From NCBI GenBank assembly GCA_963787445.1, contig CAWBCT010000010.1, positions 1-24,075 of the forward strand: a stretch of 24,075 nt of DNA. The letters are read 5' to 3'. Every line of letters begins with the position of its first letter. Positions within the stretch are counted from its first letter, which is position 1. Of the stretch, positions 17,981-24,075 are shown piece after piece. The DNA comes from an uncultured archaeon (lineage in GTDB: Archaea > Micrarchaeota > Micrarchaeia > Micrarchaeales > CABMGC01). Under the pieces are notes generated by a model. That model did not search any database. It was not told where the DNA came from and saw nothing but the letters and a program-made list of their open reading frames with translations. The translations under genes and the position numbers were made by a program.

Positions 17981-18526
17981 TCATCCTAAGATGCGCCCGT
18001 GGGGCATCTTGGCATCGCCGACAGTTATGTCTTCAACCGAGATTGAGTGGGCTATCAGTGCATGCTGCCAGGCAATGTTCTCCGAGACATCCTGTGGAAG
18101 CTCGGGGGTGCTGGACAAAGACATATTGTAGAATACGGTGCCGATAGACTCGAGCTCGCTTTCCCGCTGCCTGGCCTCCCCGACCCTGTTGACCCGGTTC
18201 CAAGAGTCAAGAAACTGCGCGGTCCTTGTGTTTGCCCCGAATTGCACGGAGCTTGCCAGATACTCGACCTGCGAAGACTCGCCAAGCTCGAGCAGCGACT
18301 CGGCGAAGGCGCTGCTTAAGCTATACGTGGCTCTCCTAGGATACACAACCTTCCACATGGTGCTCGGGGTCTGGTTAGGCGCCATGTACCTTGTTGCCGA
18401 GACCTCATCGAACAATCCGCTAAGCTTCGCCCGCTGCTTTCCTTCAAGCCTTTTCTCGGGCAGGCCGACTAGCGCTTCAGAAAGCCGTTCCCTGTGATGG
18501 TCCTTGGCCGGACTCTTCAATATCAT
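17981..18526 (-). CDS. Hypothetical protein
   Basis: 181-aa ORF with host-like codon usage, a possible GAGG RBS and a TATATATC box upstream (~18559-18566); no motif recognised. Confidence 0.55.
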   Translation of the reverse strand: MILKSPAKDHHRERLSEALVGLPEKRLEGKQRAKLSGLFDEVSATRYMAPNQTPSTMWKVVYPRRATYSLSSAFAESLLELGESSQVEYLASSVQFGANTRTAQFLDSWNRVNRVGEARQRESELESIGTVFYNMSLSSTPELPQDVSENIAWQHALIAHSISVEDITVGDAKMPHGRILG

Positions 18527-18632
18527 CCTTAAACCTCGAAAAGAGAGGTGATTTTTCAGATATATAGGCTTAACGAACCTATTTTGGAAAAGTATAAAAG
18601 CTTGGAAAGCCAGATGAACTTAGTTGATTTGA

Positions 18633-19115
18633 TTGGCTTTCAAGACAAAGGAAAATCCTGATGCAGCTGAAGCAAACCCTTTCAAGAATCTCAGGATCAA
18701 GCACGATGCGCAGGAGAAGGAGGAGCGGCTGGACGAGATAAAGGTGATAGAGGGCGACAGGATCATGGGCTCGCACGTCTTCGGGAACCTGTATAAGATA
18801 GACAAGGAGGTTGCAGGCAATCTCAACTCCATAAAGAAGATTATAGAGGAAGCGGCTGGCGCCGGGAACATGCGCATCGTTGAGATAAAGGCATTCTCAT
18901 TCGGTGAAAATAGGGGCGGAGTGACGGCGATAGCGATAATGCAGGTGGGCCACATCGCCCTCCATACATGGCTTGAGTACAACTACGCGACCCTTGACGT
19001 TTACACATCGGGAACGATGGCAAGCGCGGACAAGGCATTCGACTACGTAGTCTCGAAGCTCAAGCCGAGGAGGCACCAGAAGTTCAGGGCGGACAGGAGC
19101 CAGGTCGAGCTGTAA
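18633..19115 (+). CDS. S-adenosylmethionine decarboxylase (SpeH/SpeD class 1B) homologue lacking the pyruvoyl-forming Ser
   Basis: MGSHVFGNLY, F..GGVTAIAIMQVGHIALHTWLEYNYATLDVYTSG aligns with the consensus GVT.....ESH...HTWPE...A..D..TCG. Confidence 0.85.
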   Translation: MAFKTKENPDAAEANPFKNLRIKHDAQEKEERLDEIKVIEGDRIMGSHVFGNLYKIDKEVAGNLNSIKKIIEEAAGAGNMRIVEIKAFSFGENRGGVTAIAIMQVGHIALHTWLEYNYATLDVYTSGTMASADKAFDYVVSKLKPRRHQKFRADRSQVEL

Positions 19116-19163
19116 TCGTTCAACCAAAAGTATTTATTTGTTGAAAAGGAGAGTTATCCTCGT

Positions 19164-19235
19164 GCCTCAGTAGCTCAGTGGTAGAGCATCGGTTTTGTAA
19201 ACCGAGGGTCGAGGGTCCGATTCCCTTCTGAGGCT
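19164..19235 (+). tRNA. tRNA-Thr (anticodon UGU), no intron, CCA not encoded
   Basis: Acceptor GCCTCAG/CTGAGGC plus discriminator T; D arm GCTC/GAGC; anticodon stem TCGGT/ACCGA with loop TTTGTAA; T arm GAGGG-TCCGATT-CCCTT. Confidence 0.95.
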
Positions 19236-19263
19236 AAAACACACATAAACGCTCTGTTTGAGG

Positions 19264-20196
19264 TTAAAGCACTTTTTTGCGGGTGCTCTTGTAAAACAAG
19301 CTCTCCGACAATCTGTTAAGGATTATCGGCTTGTCCACAAAAAACGTACGAAGTTCTGTAGTATAAGGCTCCAACCGTCTGATTAGGATATTGCTGTACT
19401 CCAGATAGTCATTGAAAGATAAGGATAGCTGAATGACGGTAACGCACTTGCTTCCGGAATACGCGACCACGCATCTGGGCAACCCTTTGATGTCTTCTAT
19501 GTTGATGTCCCTGCTCAGCGAGAATACGTGGTAGGCTATCTTCATCGAGTTAAACGCCTCTCCGGGTTGCGAAGCGGAAAATAAAGGAAGTACCCGTTCT
19601 TGATTAGCTGCTGTTTTCTGTATTTTATGACCGCAGGATTCGACCCTAGCTCATCGGAGGATTCTTACAAGTGTTTTCTTCGCCCCGCCGTTGGCCATGC
19701 TATGGATGAGTCGTACATCAAGATTGTCAAAGTTTATCTGCCCCTCATTTTCATTGTATTTCTCCGGCTCGTGATCGATGTCAAATATTGTACCTCCAAG
19801 TCCATGCGATCTTGTCAGTAATTGCGAGATGTGCCGTTCTGGTAGCATTCCCTCGAACTTTCCAATCTCCCATTTATTCCTGAAGAAGCAGAAGATCTGA
19901 TGCGAAAACTCTCCGAAAAGTCGCTGAAGGCCGAAACATATCTCCATTCTTACGATATTCTTGATCTGCTCCTCGTTGAGAGATACATAGTACATTTTGT
20001 AGATGAATGGCAGCGCATGGTATTATTTATTCAAGCTGTCATATCTGGATATAAATCCCTCCTGCTCCAGCTTTTTGATTGGGGCATAAACTGACGGCTG
20101 CTTGATACCTACTATCTTTGCTAGCTCCCTTGTTGAAAGCCGGGCATCGTAGAATAGGCTCTCGAACAATATCTTGTCGTTACGGGATAGCTCCAT
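19264..20196 (-). CDS. Lrp/AsnC-family regulator with tandem HTH units, broken by several frameshifts (sequencing error or pseudogene)
   Basis: HTH1 LSRNDKILFESLFYDARLSTRELAKIVGIKQPSVY...KKLEQEGFI. HTH2 FDNLDVRLIHSMANGGAKKTLV/SDELGSNPAVIKYRKQQLIKNG, read across a shift at ~19660. Fragments are 20023..20208, 19651..19995 and 19264..19545. Confidence 0.75.
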
Positions 20197-20217
20197 GATT
20201 ATATCCAAACGAGCTGA

Positions 20218-20274
20218 TTTATATAGTTTTTGTCTATTTGATAGGTAAAAACGCCATAATGCCTAAATAATAGG
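20218..20274. promoter_or_regulatory. Divergent promoter: TATA box plus two semi-palindromic boxes
   Basis: TTTATATA at 20218-20225; tcta-tttga-tagg (20233-20245) and ccta-aataa-tagg (20262-20274), 29 bp apart. Confidence 0.5.
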
Positions 20275-20286
20275 AAAATCATAAAG

Positions 20287-21411
20287 ATGTTCAGAAGTGT
20301 TCATATGCCGGGAGTCGCAGAGAATGTGGTAGAACCTTTCACGGAGAGCCGTCGAAGCGGCACGTCATTCGGCGTCGCGGAAAACGCGGTAGAGCTTTAT
20401 CCCAGACTTTACGAAGATAGGGCTGTGCTTGTGAACTTGGAGATAAACAACAAATGCAGCTATACGGTGACCTGCGGGAGCAACTGCATCTTGAACGCGA
20501 CAATGCCTAATTCAACGCCAATGCCTGAGAAGGAGACCCTGCAAGCTGCATTCGAAACCATAGCAAACGGCGCCACAGTAAGGCACCTCGCCATTCCTGG
20601 CAAGGAACCGTTGGAGAGCCCGGAGCTGATGCTAAGGATACTTGAAAGGTACCACAATGCGCCGCAGAGCCAACGGCCAGGCACGATAGGGATAATAACC
20701 TCTGGATTGCTGATGAAAAAGAGTACGCCGATATTCCGAGAATACCCTCTAAATTGGATGAATTTGTCTGTTGACACCGCAGCGTCGGGCTTGAGGGTGC
20801 CAGGGAACTCGATAAGAGCCTTGGATGACGCACTAGAGCTTAGGGAACTGGGCGGTCTCGGGAAACTAGGCATAAATACGATTCTCACGCACGACAACAT
20901 TGAAGACGTTATCAAGACGGGGAGACACCTTGAGGATAAGGGCGTCGACCAGTGGAGCGTCGGTGGGATGCTGGTCTCGGACGGCAGGTCAATGGTGCAC
21001 ACCCTGAACGCGGCGGAGCATCGCGAGCTTTTCGGCAGAGTCGCAGCCGAGTTTGCAGGCAGCAAGATGCAGCTACTGTTTGTCACTGACAATGTCCACA
21101 TCGAGCAGATAACCGGAAGACAGACGCCAAGAGAGGCACTCACTAGATGGAGGACAGAGATAGACGTGGCTCCGGGAATCAGGGCGATAGCCTTGAATCC
21201 GTCTGAAGGATATTTCTTCAGGCTCAGATGGGACGGCCAGCTGCTTAGGAAGTCTGATTTTGGGAAGGTAGGGCTAAAGGAAGGCAGTTACGGAGGGTAC
21301 GCACCCGGCAGGATCGCCGACCTGTTGAACGAATTCAGCAACCTGCGGAGAGGCGCCACCTCCATTCAGACTAAGCCCGTACAAGCCTCCAAGAGGCTAG
21401 TTTCTGTCTAA
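20287..21411 (+). CDS. Radical SAM-fold enzyme with a non-canonical CX5CX3C motif
   Basis: VNLEINNKCSYTVTCGSNC, then IPGKEPL (GGEP equivalent), IITSGLL (TNG equivalent), MNLSVD and INTILTHDN, in normal radical-SAM order and spacing. Confidence 0.75.
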   Translation: MFRSVHMPGVAENVVEPFTESRRSGTSFGVAENAVELYPRLYEDRAVLVNLEINNKCSYTVTCGSNCILNATMPNSTPMPEKETLQAAFETIANGATVRHLAIPGKEPLESPELMLRILERYHNAPQSQRPGTIGIITSGLLMKKSTPIFREYPLNWMNLSVDTAASGLRVPGNSIRALDDALELRELGGLGKLGINTILTHDNIEDVIKTGRHLEDKGVDQWSVGGMLVSDGRSMVHTLNAAEHRELFGRVAAEFAGSKMQLLFVTDNVHIEQITGRQTPREALTRWRTEIDVAPGIRAIALNPSEGYFFRLRWDGQLLRKSDFGKVGLKEGSYGGYAPGRIADLLNEFSNLRRGATSIQTKPVQASKRLVSV

Positions 21412-21488
21412 TCGCCACGGTTCACAGCCCAACCACGTGAAACAACACTAATCCCCTCGGTAAGTAACGTCCAATTTAATCATCACGT

Positions 21489-21500
21489 CCTTCTGAGGCT
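21489..21500 (+). repeat. Copy of the tRNA-Thr 3' end (putative attR core)
   Basis: ccttctgaggct, identical to 19224-19235. Confidence 0.65.
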
Positions 21501-21573
21501 TCCCCAGCCGAAGTCCTACCCCCTTGTCCCCCCTGCTTATAAAGCCCGAGTGGATACTCCAAGAACTATGGAG

Positions 21574-21675
21574 CATCCATACCTCAAGAGCGGCGATGGG
21601 CATCTCAGGGCTTACAATATGCTCATAAACAAAGGCTATCAGGACTCGTTGATTCAGGCATACATGGGCTGGAAT
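21574..21675 (+). pseudogene. Tyrosine recombinase/integrase C-terminal remnant
   Basis: HPYL...GHLRAYNMLINKGYQDSLIQAYMGW resembles box II (HPYLxRHSRAT.L...G.....IQ..MGW). No N-terminal part; cut at the downstream junction. Confidence 0.5.
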
Positions 21676-21803
21676 CCCGCGAACGTGTCGTGGTCGGTGA
21701 TCGCGAGAATTCCCACCTGGGCGCGGCGGGCGATATCAATCAGCTCCGAGGGAAAATCCGAACCGTCCGATTCGTTCGTGTGGCAATGCAGATCAATCAA
21801 CAT
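21654..21803 (-). pseudogene. PHP-domain (TrpH/YciV-like) phosphoesterase, N-terminal fragment, bacterial
   Basis: Not in the ORF track. MLIDLHCHTNESDGSDFPSELIDIARRAQVGILAITDHDTFAGF carries the DLHxHT/SDG/AITDHD motifs and ends after 49 aa in unrelated sequence. Confidence 0.85.
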
Positions 21804-22084
21804 GCGGAGGCGTTGGCCTGACAGCGCGAATTTTCCATGAAAATTAAATATTTAATTTCTCCGGCTTTTCGAAGCAGCAATGCTTAAGAATATCGCGATT
21901 GGCCCTCATTTCTAAAATCCGACTGCACTTTAAAAAGCGCTTACTGGCAAGGGCCGGTTGAATTGTGCGCGAAGAGCTATTCCTCGCCCTTTGCTTGCTC
22001 GGCTTAACTCACGGACGCCCGAGGCCAACCTCAGGGGGGGTTGTTCACTTGGTTTTCACACTTCCGGGCGCTAGGCTGTGCGGT

Positions 22085-22599
22085 CTGATCTCGACGGACA
22101 GCCACGATGCTTCTCAACTCAAGGAGATCACCGGCGGCTGGAGTTACTGCGTTCGGAGAGCTGAAGCTGGAGGCCGACAGCCTTCCCGGTGAAGCGGACG
22201 TTCACCCAGACCATCGTGCGAGCGCGCGCAACCTGCTTCATTATCTGGCGCTCCGACGGCACGACATTCGCGATTTGCAGGAGCAGCTGGGCGCTATGGG
22301 GCTCTCCTCGCTAGGGCGCACCGAATCGCACGTTTTCAGCGCCCTCCACGGCGTGATGGACGTGCTCGCGCGGCTGGATGGAAGCGACGCCCCGCAACAA
22401 GAACCAAACGGCATGGTGGCACTGGCCGAGGGCCAGAGGCTCCTCGAGAAAAATACCGACACGCTTCTCGGACCTGCCCCGGACGGACGGCGGGTGCGCA
22501 TCATGGTGACGATGCCATCGGAGGCCGGGTGCGACTATGCGCTCGTACGCGACCTGGTGGCGAGCGGAATGAATTGCATGCGCATCAACTGCGCGCACG
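22085..22599 (+). pseudogene. pyk: Pyruvate kinase (long N-terminal bacterial form), 5' fragment
   Basis: SARNLLHYLALRRHDIRDLQ..L...GLSSLGRTESHV, LLGP...RIMVTMPSEA, GMNCMRINCAH. Homology stops abruptly at ~22599; the start is approximate because of frameshifts near 22130-22160. Confidence 0.85.
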
Positions 22600-23034
22600 A
22601 ACGGCGTCGGCACGAGCGAAAATTGCCCAGGCATAATCCCCGCCCGGATCGGCACCCGGTGTGGAGGTCGCCAGCCGCACCGCGGGATCCAGCATCCGGT
22701 CCAGCAGATTGTCCTGCGTCAGCCCCGGCCGCCCCAGCGCGCACAGCCGGTTGCGCGTGAACATGATCACCGGCTGACCGGCCTTGGCTAGCACCCGCGG
22801 CTGCGTCATATCCGCGGACGCCAGAATATCCGCCGCCTCGCCATGTTCGATGCGTTCCCGCAACACCCCCGACGGCCCGAACACCGGCTCAACGCCTGGA
22901 AACTCCTTCGCCATCGCGGTGAACGCACCGGTCAGGCTGCCCGCCGCCAACACCCGCACATCGTCCGCCCACCCCGCCGCCGGCCACAGGAAAACGCCGC
23001 AGACCAGCAGAACAATCCGCACCACCCGAGCCAT
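22585..23034 (-). pseudogene. ModA-like molybdate ABC transporter substrate-binding protein, 5' part
   Basis: GGAGG RBS, then a signal peptide MARVVRIVLLVCGVFLWPAAGWA, LAAGSL, FGPSGVLRERIE, ADILASAD, TSTPGADPGGDYAW; truncated at the junction. Confidence 0.85.
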
Positions 23035-23094
23035 CTGGACCCTCCGCCGTCGCGTCGCTATATCCCGGCAACCATAGCAGCGAAGACCCGGCCC

Positions 23095-24075
23095 ATGTCG
23101 ACGACCGAACAGACCCGTCCCGCCACCGGCCAGTTGCGGCACGCCCGGATGCTGATCGACGGGGCGGGGCGGGGTCGACAGTGCATCCGGCGCAACGCTA
23201 ACGTCGAAAACCCCGGCCGTCGCATGCCGGTCGCAACCATCCCGCGCGGCAACACTGAAGACGTCCCGGGCCGTCGAGGCGGCCCAGAAGACGTTCCCCG
23301 GCTGGAGCAAAACTCCGCCCCGCCAGCGCGGCCGGATGCTGCTGCGGATCGCCGAGGCCATGGAAGCCCGGATCGAGGAACTCGCCCACGTCATCGCCGA
23401 GGAGACCGGCAACGCGCTCCGTACCCAGGCGCGACCGAAGCGACGTTAACAGCCGATATTTTCCGCTATTTCGGCGGTCTCGCCGGCGAACTGAAGGGCG
23501 AAACCATTCCGCTGGGGAAAATGTCCTCAGTTATACACGCCGCGAGCCGCTGGGCGTCGTGGGCGCCGTCATTCCCTGGAACGCCCCGGTGTTGCTGGGC
23601 GCGCTGAAGATCGCCCCCGCGCTGGTCGCGGGCAACACGCTGGTGCTGAAGGCCGCCGAAGACGCGCCGCTGGGTGTGCTGTTCGTGGCCCGTGTCTGCC
23701 AGGAATTCCTGCCACCCGGCGTGCTGAACGTGCTCACCGGCCTGGGCGAGGAATGCGGCGGTCCGCTGGCGCAGCACCAAGCCATTCGGAAGCTGTCCTT
23801 CACCGGTTCGACGGAAGTCGGCAAGATCATCATGCACGCCGCCGCCGAACGGATCGTCCGGTGTTGCTTGAGCTCGGCGGCAAGAGCCCGCTGATCGTCT
23901 ATCCGGACGCCGATGAGGACTGGGTGGTGGACGGCGTCATCGCCGGCATGCGCTTCACCCGGCAAAGCCAGTCCTGCACTGCTGGCTCGCGGTTGTTCCT
24001 GCATCACGGACATCTTCGACAGCTTCCTGGACAAGCTGACCGCGGAAGACCCAGGCCCTGAAGCTGGGCGATCCG
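23095..24075 (+). CDS. Aldehyde dehydrogenase (bacterial), multiple frameshifts, runs off the window
   Basis: MLIDG, ENPG, IPWNAP, GNTLVLKAAEDAPL, FTGSTEVG, LELGGKSP and QSQSCTAGSRL are spread over several frames. Confidence 0.88.

Larger units (their letters stand above)
19224..21500. mobile_element. Putative tRNA-Thr-integrated islet bounded by the 12-bp direct repeat CCTTCTGAGGCT
   Basis: The last 12 nt of the tRNA (19224-19235) recur exactly at 21489-21500. Cargo is a regulator plus an enzyme; an integrase-like fragment is adjacent. Confidence 0.6.

Noticed and set aside
21550-21840. 96-aa ORF as a real gene or RiPP precursor for the radical SAM enzyme
   Set aside because: Its first half is integrase-like and its second half is the antisense of the PHP fragment across the junction.
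1119-24075. Two aldehyde dehydrogenases at opposite ends of the window as a duplication or shared pathway
   Set aside because: They belong to different subfamilies, differ in composition, and the second lies in the probably chimeric bacterial part.
21670-24075. Bacterial metabolic cargo acquired by the archaeon
   Set aside because: The genes are cut mid-domain at abrupt joins or heavily frameshifted; an artefact is more parsimonious until reads show otherwise.
1-24075. CRISPR array, rRNA or tandem repeat arrays
   Set aside because: No regularly spaced repeats or rRNA-like sequence seen.

Overview
Positions 1 to ~21,670 are archaeal chromosome, probably DPANN/Micrarchaeota-like; the lineage is my inference from gene content (Nop5, Hel308, archaeal SepF, translin, alpha2-type GlyRS, TATA-box/leaderless starts, tRNA-Thr with U73 and no encoded CCA). 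Housekeeping genes are a P5C dehydrogenase, a tight glyS-ogg-translin-carbamoyltransferase run, nop5, trmJ, sepF and an intein-containing hel308. Two AT-rich nucleotidyltransferase (type IV TA-like) gene pairs are interspersed. An AdoMet decarboxylase homologue has lost its self-cleavage and catalytic residues. The best candidate for an undescribed system is a ~2.3 kb islet directly after tRNA-Thr(UGU), closed by a 12-bp copy of the tRNA 3' end. It holds a double-HTH Lrp/AsnC regulator divergent from a radical-SAM-fold enzyme with a non-canonical CX5CX3C motif, and is followed by what looks like a tyrosine-integrase remnant. From ~21,670 onward the sequence is a mosaic of truncated, GC-rich bacterial genes (PHP, pyruvate kinase, ModA-like, aldehyde dehydrogenase) fused at abrupt junctions, most likely a read, amplification or assembly chimera. 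Many single-base frameshifts look like sequencing indels, so pseudogene calls are provisional.
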